From: an uncultured delta proteobacterium
GTDB taxonomy: Bacteria > Desulfobacterota > Desulfomonilia > UBA1062
DNA length: 64,000 nucleotides
Direction of reading: 5' to 3'
Assembly: GCA_963752595.1 (NCBI GenBank)
Contig: CAVVYZ010000009.1
Coordinates: 128,001 to 192,000 of the forward strand
The position numbers and the translations under genes are program-made. Numbering within the stretch: position 1 is the first letter of the stretch; each line of letters starts with the position of its first letter. Positions 52,575 through 62,781 of this stretch are shown piece after piece. Below the pieces are notes generated by a model. It had not been told where the DNA came from, ran no database searches, and saw only the letters and a program-made list of their open reading frames with translations.

Positions 52575-53474
52575 TTACTGGGAAAGGAGGAAGCATTTCT
52601 TGGAGCTCAAACCCAGCCTCCAGTTGGATATCTGTCCTTCTTCGATGGTGAGCGTGTCCCCTGCTATCTTCTTGTATCTGAAATGGGTTCCGTTGGTGAG
52701 CAGTCCATCGCCCTTCTTGTCGAAAATCATGGCACCGTCCCAGACCTCGAAATTCGGTGCGTACTTGAACGGGTGCTCGGAACTTCCTGTGAATTTGATT
52801 GCAGTACCCGGTGTGGACGACAGGTTCACAAGATAGCCCGACTTGGATGAATCCGATATATCCAGCACGGTCTGATAACTGTCCAGGTTCACATTCCAGT
52901 TCTCGGGCGGAGCAAAGCTCTCACTGGTTATCTGGAGCATCCTTTTTGTCCAGGAAAAATACATGCTCGTCTCACCGAACTCCTCCAATTTCTGAAAAGC
53001 CTTGTAGGAATCCTCAAAGTTGCCCATCAGAAGATAGTTGACCCCCATGTTCTTATAAAGCGGGGAATACTTCGGGTCTATGGAAAGGGCCTTATCAAAA
53101 TTCTCCTGCATTTCCTTGTATCTCTCGAGCTCAAAAAGGTTTGCCCCACGGTTTACCCAAACCAGGACATTCTTCGGGTCTATCTTCAGATATTCATCAA
53201 AGCAGCTCAGGGCCATTTTGTAGTTTTTCATCTGCCAGTAGATCTGGCCTTTCAAAAGCCATGCTTCCTTGTACCGTTTATTGACTCTCAAAGCCTCATC
53301 GCACTGGCTTAAGGAATTCTCCCATTCACCTTTTTCCCATGCATTCTGGGCCTTGGTATACGCATCCTGCCCTGGATTGGGGGTCGTCTCGGCAAATATA
53401 TTCATTGCAAAAAAACTAAAGAAAAAAACAATGCATATCGTTTTGATTACGGCTGCTGTCTTCAGCAAAAGCAT
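52575..53474 (-). CDS. Exported TPR protein
   Basis: Signal peptide; about four TPRs (AWLLKGQIY, VWVNRGANL, LYKNMGVNY); beta-rich C-terminus. Confidence 0.85.
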   Translation of the reverse strand: MLLLKTAAVIKTICIVFFFSFFAMNIFAETTPNPGQDAYTKAQNAWEKGEWENSLSQCDEALRVNKRYKEAWLLKGQIYWQMKNYKMALSCFDEYLKIDPKNVLVWVNRGANLFELERYKEMQENFDKALSIDPKYSPLYKNMGVNYLLMGNFEDSYKAFQKLEEFGETSMYFSWTKRMLQITSESFAPPENWNVNLDSYQTVLDISDSSKSGYLVNLSSTPGTAIKFTGSSEHPFKYAPNFEVWDGAMIFDKKGDGLLTNGTHFRYKKIAGDTLTIEEGQISNWRLGLSSKKCFLLSQ

Positions 53475-53534
53475 CTTACCCTCCTCAATTTTCAGGTGAG
53501 ACTTCCGTATGTTTCAACCTTTATAACTATATAT

Positions 53535-53996
53535 TCATGTTTTGTAAATCCCATTCCCTTTTGCGCTGTCTCTGGAAATACGAAGAGGGGGCTTGCCGGC
53601 ATTAGCCCGAATCCAGTTGATGGCCGACAGCACCTTTTCCTGGGAAACGATCTTACGTTCCAGTTTGCGTTTTCCGGGAAAATCAATGAGGGTCAACCCG
53701 ATGAGGATGGTGATAACCCCCTGCCCGGGCAGAACGAGCATCGCTATGCCGGCGAGCAGAAACACGATCCCGATTGCATTCTTTACTGCAGCAGCCAACA
53801 TACGGACCAGCGGGTGGCGTCCTTTGCTGAATTCCCTGAAATGGTCCCGCTCATACAGAAAATAGTCGGTAGGAATCCTGATAACGAGGAGTGATATGAT
53901 AACCGGTGTGATTATCAGAGCAAGCAGGGATATCGCGGCCAGATACTGCAGCTGGGACCGGTAACAGACTATCCATTCGATGATCGTTTCAATCAA
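53535..53996 (-). CDS. PGPGW-domain membrane protein
   Basis: IPTDYF, KNAIG, GIAMLVLPGQG, DFPGKR, INWIR..GKPPL; GGAGG RBS. Confidence 0.85.
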   Translation of the reverse strand: MIETIIEWIVCYRSQLQYLAAISLLALIITPVIISLLVIRIPTDYFLYERDHFREFSKGRHPLVRMLAAAVKNAIGIVFLLAGIAMLVLPGQGVITILIGLTLIDFPGKRKLERKIVSQEKVLSAINWIRANAGKPPLRISRDSAKGNGIYKT

Positions 53997-54191
53997 TCCT
54001 GCCTCCTGATCCGGGTAACTTTATGCCCTTTTCACCCCACCTGTCCATCTTCGGCAGGGCCAATGGGCTTCCGTGAGGATATCCGGATAAAAAATTGAAT
54101 CCCGTACAAGGTATCCACAAGAACAAACCATATGGTGCCGCCTTTAAAGAGGCCGGGAGACAAGCCTGGATGGATGCAGAGGCCATACCTG

Positions 54192-54773
54192 CTACTTCTT
54201 CAGGAGCCCCTGCATGATGATGTCCAGCCCCTGCTCGAACATCTTCTGGGTTGATTTGCCCTCGGATTTCACATAGGTCTTGATGATGAACATCACATAG
54301 ATCGAATAGAGAAGCTCGGTGAGATGGTCAACATCCACCTCGCGGAATTTTCCCTGGAGGATGCCCTTTTCCAGGACCCTTCTGAGCAGCTGCATGGACG
54401 CGTGATTGATCTCGTAAAAAGGGTCTTCTTTGCTGGAAAGCGGAAAGATGGACGGGTCATTTATCAGTACGGTCCGTAGCGATACATCGCGGGAAAGGTA
54501 GGTATAGCTCTTTCTGCACATAATGAGAAACTGTTCCACCACGTCATCAATCTTCTCTATGGCCTTGCTCACCATGTCCTGCCATCGGAGCAGCCCATGG
54601 GCAACGGCCTTCTCGTACAGGTCCCGCTTGTTTTCCACGTAGAGGTAGAGATTACCCTTTGTCATTCCCAATTCATCGGCGATGTCTTCGACGCGCGTCC
54701 TTCTGTATCCGTAGCGGGCAAATACCCGCAGGGCGGCTTCATAAACTGTTGCGATTTTTTCTTCTCTATTCAT
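54192..54773 (-). CDS. TetR/AcrR family transcriptional regulator
   Basis: AALRVFARYGY, VEDIADELGMTKGNLYLY. Confidence 0.95.
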   Translation of the reverse strand: MNREEKIATVYEAALRVFARYGYRRTRVEDIADELGMTKGNLYLYVENKRDLYEKAVAHGLLRWQDMVSKAIEKIDDVVEQFLIMCRKSYTYLSRDVSLRTVLINDPSIFPLSSKEDPFYEINHASMQLLRRVLEKGILQGKFREVDVDHLTELLYSIYVMFIIKTYVKSEGKSTQKMFEQGLDIIMQGLLKK

Positions 54774-54892
54774 GGGACACCTATCCGTAACCCTTGATCT
54801 TGCATCTCAGCAATTCGATGTCAATAGCTATTCAATCCCCCGTTGCCAATCAATTATTTAAATATGCGAACATATCGTTCATTATTTCAATT

Positions 54893-54926
54893 TGTTATTG
54901 ACATAATAACACTGGAATATTACTTT
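54893..54926 (+). promoter_or_regulatory. Sigma-70 promoter with overlapping palindromic operator (probable TetR site)
   Basis: TGTTATT-gacat-AATAACA perfect 7-bp IR (54893-54911) covering TTGACA (54898-54903); TACTTT 17 bp downstream. Confidence 0.6.
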
Positions 54927-54998
54927 GGTTCGGTATCCTGAAAACAAGTATGGACCCGTTTTGTTTAATAAATTTATTGTAACCGGAGGAGGTATGTC

Positions 54999-55632
54999 AT
55001 GACAGAGTCTTCTGCTCAGGCCCTTTCCATTCTCAGGGATCCCTCACAGTTTCAGTGGTATATCATTCCGTTTCTTCTCGTCGTCATTTATGTGTACCAT
55101 AATGAGGTGCGGCTTAAGAATTGGAATGCCGTTTTTGCAGGTCTTGCCCTGTGGGGCTGCGACTGGTTCAACGAAATATGGAACGCCCTGGTGTTTCATT
55201 TCACGCAGTATGCGCCTGTCTGGGGAGCGCCCGGCAAGACGGCCTACCTCATCCTCATCGGTCTTAATATCGAGATAAGCCTGATGTTTCTCCTCATGGG
55301 GGTTGCCTGCTCCATCATTCTTCCCGAAGACCGTAAACTTAAGATCCTGGGCATGCCCAATAGGCTCTTTTATGCAATTATCCTTCACCACGCTGGCCGT
55401 GATCGTGGAAATCCTCCTGAATGCCATAGGCGCCCTGACCTGGGATTACTCGTGGTGGAATGCGAGAAGCCCCTTGCTTATCTGGCTGATCGGATACTTT
55501 TATTTCTTTGCCGTGGCTTACCTCGTGTACGATATGAAAACGATCAGGTCCAAGGTGATCACCGTCGGAGCCATCTTTAGCCTTGATATCGTCTGCCTCG
55601 TGGTCTTCATAGGAGTGCTCCACTGGATCTGA
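54999..55632 (+). CDS. Conserved integral membrane protein, one frameshift near 55380
   Basis: GGAGG RBS; hydrophobic; DWFNEIWNALV, GLNIEI, continues VEILLN..LTWDY in the next frame. Confidence 0.75.
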
Positions 55633-55963
55633 TGAAGTTTATCCATCAGGATAATAAATGCCCATCCGGATGATGCTTTTCAAACCGGATAGAGGGACAT
55701 CGAGATAAAGCCCCTGCACACCTTTGACCGGGAGCGGGGAAGGATTGGATTGAAGCTCGCATCCTCCTCGCCCTGTTTTCCCTCCCTCACACTCCCGCAC
55801 TATATGTCCGTCATTCTGGATCCTCCTGGATCGTGAATCCGTATATACCCAGGTGCCGGCCATAAAAATTAAATCGGGTATGTACCGGCTGGTTGCGGAT
55901 GAATCCATGATGATTAGCCCCTATTCTAATACTTATGTATGGCAGAGAAAAGGAGGGAGCATC

Positions 55964-56578
55964 ATGAACGAAAAAGTTGACAAGGAACTGATCAAAGAGC
56001 GGCTGAATCCTTATATCCCGAAGAATATCATCTCCGACATGCTGGAAAACAGAGTGGTCAATGACCTGTGGGATGTCCTGTATGCTGCTGTGGATTATTA
56101 TACCGAGGGGAATGAACAAGCCCTGGATGCAGTCCATGATGTGGAAGTGAAGAGTGTGGATCAGCTCATTGAGAAAATGCGACAATGGGGAACTGCCCGG
56201 GAAGAGGAAATTGACAAGGAGCGCCTGAGAGATCTCCTGGAAGAGTACCTCCCGGATGATATCGTGGAAGATGCACTCGAAGGAGAAAAGCTGGACGACC
56301 TGTGGGATATCCTGCATATTGCCGTAGATTATTTTACCGACGGTGACAATCGGGCTTTTGATGCCATCAAGGGCCTTAAAATCGAAACCGTTGATGAGCT
56401 CATGGACCATGTGAAGTGGTGGCGCAACCTCACATCTGCACCGGACATCTGGTACAATCCGGAGCAGGGCCAGGAAATTGGTGTAGGAACAGAGGCAGAA
56501 GAGATACCTTTATCCGAACGGGAACAGCTGGAAGGCGAAGAAGACGAAGACGAGGAGCGGAGGGAGCAAAAAGAGTAA
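55964..56578 (+). CDS. Acidic hypothetical protein with internal 78-aa tandem duplication
   Basis: AGGAGG RBS; repeats DLWDVLYAAVDYYTEG / DLWDILHIAVDYFTDG; Glu-rich tail. Confidence 0.8.
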   Translation: MNEKVDKELIKERLNPYIPKNIISDMLENRVVNDLWDVLYAAVDYYTEGNEQALDAVHDVEVKSVDQLIEKMRQWGTAREEEIDKERLRDLLEEYLPDDIVEDALEGEKLDDLWDILHIAVDYFTDGDNRAFDAIKGLKIETVDELMDHVKWWRNLTSAPDIWYNPEQGQEIGVGTEAEEIPLSEREQLEGEEDEDEERREQKE

Positions 56579-56617
56579 TAAGTTTTACCTGTTATGTCCT
56601 TGACAATAACCTTTCTT

Positions 56618-56895
56618 TGAAGTGGCTCCGGTTGTATGGACAGGGGATGGTGTTCTATAAGTGGAGCCTTGCCGCTATTCCCATTAAGCTGCATCGGGCA
56701 GATACTCCCGAAAACCCGGATAAACCTCATCCGGGGTTGATCCGTCAAGCGTGGAGTGTAGCCTGCGATGATTGTAAAAAGTCAGATATCCTTCCAAGCC
56801 GCTTCCGGCTTCGCTGACGCTCTCATAGGCGTGCAGATAGACCTCCTCATATTTGATGCTCTTCCAAAAGCCTCTCTACGAAAACATTGTCACGC
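56618..56895 (-). mobile_element. IS3-family remnant (transposase C-terminus plus terminal inverted repeat)
   Basis: Minus strand reads RDNVFVERL-(fs)-WKSIKYEEVYLHAYESVSEAGSGLEGYLTFYNHRRLHSTLDGSTPDEVY, stop at 56684; IS3-like end TGAAGTGGCTCCGGTTGTATGGACA from 56618. Confidence 0.85.
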
Positions 56896-59513
56896 CGACC
56901 CGGCTTTCCTCTTCGAGACAATCCCTTTGAGACCCCCGGAGGTAAGAGATGCGATGCTTCCGAGCATCACGGGAAGAGAAAAGGTCGCATAAGATGCAAG
57001 GTACCTTGGTTTCCATTCCGGAGAGAAATTCTCCTTGAAAAGCCTTAAGCCCTGGAAATTGTAGAAATGCTCTGCATGATGAAAAATGAACGACCCGATC
57101 CTGTTCCACAACGAGGCCATGGATGCACCCTCGAGGCCTGATAAGGGCGCCATGCCGAGGTTGAACCACTGGTAGCCGTTTTGCCCCCCCATATCATGAG
57201 ATGGATGAAGAGATACTCCATAACTCCGCCGGGTGATTGCGGCAGGTATCTCATGAGATCCACCGAGAACTCCTCTTTTCTATCTGTTGCCCACACATTG
57301 GCAAAGGAGATGATGTTCCCCTCCTTACGGATGACTGCGACCGGAAAGTGCCTGATGTATTCTTCCCGGAAGGAGCCGAGGGAAAACGTTTTTTCCGTGG
57401 CATGCTTGTCTGCCGGCCAGGCATCCGAGATCTGTCTGAGATCCTTTTCGATTGTCGGCACATCCTGTGCCGACACGATCTCGAAGGTGCACCCTTCATT
57501 TGTGAGCTTGTTGAATATGTGCCGGAGGTCCTTGCGGCTTCTGCCCGAGAGAGAAAATTTCTGGAGATTCACCCTGGCTTCTTCTCCAAGCTTTACAATC
57601 GTCATACCTAAGTCGATATAAACATGAAGATTCTTGGAACCCACTTCATAGAATGCCGGCTGAACATCATACCGGTCGCACATTTCGCAGAACTGCCATG
57701 CAAGCTCCGGCCATTCGTTTTCCGGGCCTATTGGGTCTCCCATGGCGATCCAGCTTCTGCCCTCGATGCCGTACATGATACAGGCGTTTCCTTTGGCATT
57801 GAAGAGAAACGCCTTGTCTCCGAGCAGCGCAAGGTTCGCATACGTTTCCGGCGAATTCCTGATTATCGGCAAGGCCCGTTCCAGGTCTTCTTTGTTGCCG
57901 GTGTCAGGCCTGGGCAGGAAGGAGTGGAGAATCTTTACCAGGGCAAATGCGAGAACTGCTACCGAACTGCCGACAAGGGCCCGGAGAGATCTCGGGGCAT
58001 TCTGCATGAATGCGAAATGCCACCAGAGGTCAGTGGAATACTCCGTGTGTTTGTAAGAGAAAAAGGTCAGCCACGCTGTGCATATGATAGCGACGATGAT
58101 CGTCACGATCCAGGAAAGGGTGAATTTCCCTCCCAAGAGAGATCCCTTACGGTAGAAACTCGGCCGGGAAGGAATTACTATGAGCATGATCATGAACAGG
58201 ATGGCAGCCTCTTCATAATCAAGTCCCTTAAGGAGTGAAAAGAGCACCCCGGTCCCCAGCAGTGCAACGGTAAGATAATAGGACGTATCCACTCTCCTCC
58301 GGATGCCCCATGATAGGATCGGCAGGCTTACCCCAACCACGCTCCCAAGGAAATGGGACACCTCGATGATAGGGAGGGGAAACAGACGTTCCATCTCGAT
58401 GAGCCGAGCGGTTACCGCCGGTGTGGCCCCCGAGAAGAGGAGGATTACCCCGCTCAGGAATGTGACCACGGTCAGTAAGGCAGGAACAACGACGAAGATC
58501 CGTTCTGCAAACGCCTTTGAACCGTTCATCAGGAGATGTTTGCGGTCGAGGACCTCTTTCGCGGCCAGGATGACGGCGGCGATCAACAAGGGCATGATAT
58601 AGTAAACGGCCCGGTAAACGATAAGTGAGGCCAGTGCCGAGGAAGCAGGAAAATGTTTCGTGAGGAAAAGGAGCATCACTGCCTCGAAGACGCCGAGCCC
58701 GCCGGGTATCTGGCTGATTACTGCTCCAAGCTGGGCAAGCATGAATATGCCCAGCTATATTGAGAAAGGTATCCCCGGGGGCAGGATCACGAATAAGACG
58801 CTGCCTGCCAGCACCCAGTCGAGTGTGGCGATGCCGATCTGCGGGAGGAAAAGGCGTAAAGGGGGTGCGGAAAACTCCAGGCTGCCGATTCTTGCCGTGC
58901 CTTTCCATGATGCAGCCACCGCTATATAGAGCAGCACCGGTATCAGAGACAGGATTCCTAAGGGGAAATCGGTTTTGAACGGCAGGAGGAGCTCATGCGG
59001 CAGGACCATGGGCCTTAAAAGAAAAACCCCTGAGCTCAAGGTAAAAAACCCGAGCCAGAGGCTTACGGTGCAAAAGAAGATGATCTTGGTGATCTCAAGC
59101 CCGGACAGCCCCCAGGAGGAGTATAGCCGGTAACGCACCGAGGCTCCGGCAAGCATTGAGAAACCGATATTGTTGCTGAAAGCATACCCGATAAAGGATG
59201 CGGTGGCAATTCTCCTGTAGGCAAGCCTGAGGTTGACGAATTTCAGGGCCAGGTAATAATCATAGCCGGTCATGACTCCATAACTGAAAACGGTAAGTAT
59301 GAGCGCCATTATGAGGGCCCTGTCGGGAATAGCATGAAGGTATAGGCCGATGTCTTTGAGATGATACGCCTGAAGCTCCCTGTGCAGTACCCAGAGCGCA
59401 AGAATGAAAAGAGATAAACCAATAAGCGGAGGGATGATCTTTAGGAAATAGGGGTTGAGTCCCTTCCACCAGGGTAGAGGATGATCTCGGTTTTGCTGGA
59501 AAGGATGGGCCGT
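56890..59513 (-). pseudogene. mprF: Bifunctional lysylphosphatidylglycerol flippase/synthase MprF, disrupted
   Basis: LSGASVRYRLY-like, PGGLGVFE, LFSGATP, GDPIG, EKTFSLG, DLMRY, FNLGMAPL, YNFQGLR; ACG at start position, in-frame TAG at 58755-58757, frameshift near 57190. Confidence 0.88.
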
Positions 59514-59618
59514 TGCCTCTGCCTCCGTACGTAATAAAGAATACTATAACGTCTTACCTTATCATTAACCGCAACCGGCTGCCATCGAACATGCCGGTAT
59601 TCAACACTATACTTGAGA

Positions 59619-59951
59619 TTAACAATGAGACGCGTCGGCAGCAGCCCTTGAAATCCCTGCCATGGCCTGCTCCAGGGAAGCCTTGATCGTACTGTTTTCC
59701 TGCTCTACGAGGATCATCCCCTTCTGCACGCGATCGCCCTCACGACAGCATTCATACTTGATCGTGCCCGAAACCATCGAGGTGATATTGACTTCTGGCG
59801 CCTCCACGATGCCGGTTGTCCTGACCTCGGTGGGAACCTTCGTCCGGAAGTGATACGTATAAGCCAGTACTGCAATGACTGTTAAGACAATGATGATGAC
59901 GGCAATGTACCTTTTTTCATAGAAAAACCCTGAAGGTGTACCTATAGTCAT
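59619..59951 (-). pseudogene. Truncated HlyD/secretion membrane-fusion protein (N-terminal part only)
   Basis: TM anchor, TGIVEAPEVNITSMVSGTI, REGDRVQKG, then stop at the start of the helical hairpin. Confidence 0.7.
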
Positions 59952-60052
59952 GAATAAGCCTTCACGGTCCGAATCCAAGGAAATCAACCCTTGCGGCAGT
60001 CTGCCCGGGCTTCCTTTGTGCTTTGTCTGCCTCAAGGTTGCCTGCAGCCGGA

Positions 60053-62581
60053 TCAGAAATTCACAAACCGGTAAAATACCTTTTTCACTACCTCTGCTGA
60101 AATTATATACGTGATGATGATGAAGAACAGCCAGAACAGGAATGCGGCAGGAATCGGCTTGAAGCCTATCAGATAGGCTATGGGGCTGTAGGGTAAGATA
60201 ACGGCGGCGACCACTACCGCGAGCGTTGCCAGGAGGAGCTTTCTGCTCGGTCTGCTCCTGAAGAAGGTTTTCCTCGTTCTGATCACGAGTACGATGAGGG
60301 AGGCCGACGCGACCGACTCTATGAACCAGCCGGACCTGAACAGTGCGGAATCGGCATGGAGCAGGAGCAGCAGCACGCCGAAGGTGCAGTAATCGAAGAC
60401 AGAGCTTAAGCTCCCGAAGACGAGCATGAATGACCGGATGAACTTGATGTCCCACCGATGGGGTTTTTCGATCATGACATCATCGACCGTATCCGTTGCA
60501 ATGGTCATCTCAGGGAGATCCGTCAGCAGGTTCGTGAGGAGTATCTGCTTGGGGAGCAACGGCAGAAACGGCAGAAACAGGGAGGCGCCAGCCATACTGA
60601 ACATATTCCCGAAATTGGCGCTGGTCGCCATGAAGACGTATTTCAGGGTATTCGTGAAAGTCCTGCGGCCCTCCACCACCCCCTGAACGAGCACCCGGAG
60701 ATCCTTTTCGAGGAGCACGATCTCGGCCGCACCCTTGGCAACATCGGCTGCGGTGTCCACCGAGATCCCGACGTCGGCCGCATGCAGGGCCGGCGCGTCA
60801 TTGATGCCGTCGCCCATGTAGCCGACGACATTTCCCGCCTTTTTCAGAGAGAGGATGATCTGTTCCTTCTGGCTCGGCTCCACCTCTGCGAATATGTCGG
60901 CCTGGGGAACCCTTGACAGAAATGCCCCGTCGCTTAAGCCGGTGAGGTCGCTCCCCGTGATGACCACGGGCTCCGGGAGCCCCATCCTGCTATAGATCGC
61001 ACGCGCCACCCTGCTGGAATCTCCGGTAACGATCTTGGGGGAAATGCCGAGGTTTTTGAGCCTGGCGAATATTTCCGCAACATCATGCTTGGGAGGGTCA
61101 TAGAGGGCAATGATCCCGAGAAAGGTCATGTCTTTTTCATCATCCTTGCTGATGACGGCTGTGCCGCCCATATCCCGGCAGGCAACACCGATGGTCCGGT
61201 ATCCCTGGTCGTTGAGATCGTCCCCCAGCTTCCGGATCTTCTCTTTCGCCTTCCCGATATCGACAGTACCCCCCGATGGATCTTCCACCCCGGAGCATGC
61301 GTCGATCACATGCGCCAGGGCCCCCTTGGTCACCATGAGGCAGGTCCTGTCATGGGATACAAGAACGCTTAAGCACTTGCGGGTGAAATCATAGGGCACC
61401 TCATCGATTTTTTCCCAGCCGGACAGGTCATATTTCTTCGCCTCCAGCAGGGCATCATCAATGGGGTTTACATAATTCGTCTGGAACGTCGAATTCAGGT
61501 ATGCATTGAACAGGACCTTATCGCTTTGCTCACCACTGAGATCCAGGGCGGATTTGATCCGGATCTTCCCCTCGGTAACCGTGCCTGTCTTGTCTGAGCA
61601 CAGGACATTCATACTCCCGAAGTTTTCAATGGCCGGCAGGTGCTTTACGATCACCTTGTGCTCGGCCATCCTCTTGGCCCCCTGCGCAAGGTTGATGGTG
61701 ATAATGGCGGGAAGGAGCTGCGGGGTAAGCCCTACGGCAAGTGCCAGGGAGAAGAGGAAGGAATCCATGACCGGCCGGTTCAGGTACACGTTGAAGGCAA
61801 AGATCACGAGGAGCATGGTCAGCGTGATCTCCATCAGAAGATACCCGAAGTGTTTGATCCCTCGCTCAAACTCGGTTTCCGCAGGCTTGAGCTTTATACG
61901 GTCCGATATTTTGCCGAACTCGGTGTTCCGACCGGTTTTGACGACCACGGCCTTTCCCGTGCCTGCCACGACGTGGGTTCCCATCCACAGGACATTCTTC
62001 CTCTTAGCCAGGGGTGCATCGGAAGGGACCGAGCCCGAAGACTTCTCTGCCGGAAAGCTTTCCCCGGTGAGCATGGCTTCATCGGCATGGATATCTTTGG
62101 ATTCCAGGATCACGCAATCAGCAGGGATCACATCACCTGCCTTGAAGATGGTGATATCCCCCGGCACCACTTCTGTGATCTCCATCTCCTGCGGTGAGCC
62201 GTTACGGAGGAGGGTGCAGCGGATCCGGACTATAGCTATCAGTTCCTCCATGGCATTGGCAGCACCCCGTTCCTGGATGAAGCCCAGAACAGCACTGACC
62301 ATGATGATGCACAGGATGATCGATGCATCGGTCCGGTCCCGCAGGAAGTAGGAGACTGCCGTTGCAAGGAGCAGGATAATGATGATGGCATTGTTGAACT
62401 GGGAGATGAAGAGTGAGAGGACGCCTTTTTTCTTTTCCTTCTTGATGGTGTTGGGTCCGTATTCCTCCAGCCGTTTCCGTGCCTCTTCTCTCGTGAGGCC
62501 GCTCTCGCCCGTATTCAGGGATGCAAGGAGATCCCTGGTGCTCATGCTCCAGAAAGGCACTCGAAGCAGTGATGGATTCAT
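60053..62581 (-). CDS. mgtA: Magnesium-translocating P-type ATPase
   Basis: LTGES, AVGLTPQLLP, CSDKTGT, PYDFTRK, GDGINDAPAL, SANFGNMFS. Confidence 0.92.
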   Translation of the reverse strand: MNPSLLRVPFWSMSTRDLLASLNTGESGLTREEARKRLEEYGPNTIKKEKKKGVLSLFISQFNNAIIIILLLATAVSYFLRDRTDASIILCIIMVSAVLGFIQERGAANAMEELIAIVRIRCTLLRNGSPQEMEITEVVPGDITIFKAGDVIPADCVILESKDIHADEAMLTGESFPAEKSSGSVPSDAPLAKRKNVLWMGTHVVAGTGKAVVVKTGRNTEFGKISDRIKLKPAETEFERGIKHFGYLLMEITLTMLLVIFAFNVYLNRPVMDSFLFSLALAVGLTPQLLPAIITINLAQGAKRMAEHKVIVKHLPAIENFGSMNVLCSDKTGTVTEGKIRIKSALDLSGEQSDKVLFNAYLNSTFQTNYVNPIDDALLEAKKYDLSGWEKIDEVPYDFTRKCLSVLVSHDRTCLMVTKGALAHVIDACSGVEDPSGGTVDIGKAKEKIRKLGDDLNDQGYRTIGVACRDMGGTAVISKDDEKDMTFLGIIALYDPPKHDVAEIFARLKNLGISPKIVTGDSSRVARAIYSRMGLPEPVVITGSDLTGLSDGAFLSRVPQADIFAEVEPSQKEQIILSLKKAGNVVGYMGDGINDAPALHAADVGISVDTAADVAKGAAEIVLLEKDLRVLVQGVVEGRRTFTNTLKYVFMATSANFGNMFSMAGASLFLPFLPLLPKQILLTNLLTDLPEMTIATDTVDDVMIEKPHRWDIKFIRSFMLVFGSLSSVFDYCTFGVLLLLLHADSALFRSGWFIESVASASLIVLVIRTRKTFFRSRPSRKLLLATLAVVVAAVILPYSPIAYLIGFKPIPAAFLFWLFFIIITYIISAEVVKKVFYRFVNF

Positions 62582-62781
62582 AGACCAAATGATAGAAAGA
62601 TCCCTACAAAACTCCAAGTTTATTTGGAATAGCTGCCCTTCAATCCCATCCCTTCATAAGTTTGAGCGGCCTTTAAGAAAGACAGGCCCTCTCTCGCCCG
62701 GAGACCGGTATGCACTGTATGGCGCTTGCCCGAAGGAAAATCTATTCTACTATTATTCTTATTTGGACAAGGGAGGGGATT

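Noticed and set aside
55639-55908. 89-aa minus-strand ORF between the membrane protein and the acidic repeat protein
   Set aside because: No recognisable motif or RBS; cannot be supported
58755-58757. In-frame TAG in mprF as pyrrolysine or readthrough
   Set aside because: It falls in a TM helix of a gene with other lesions, and no pyl genes are in the window; a nonsense mutation is simpler
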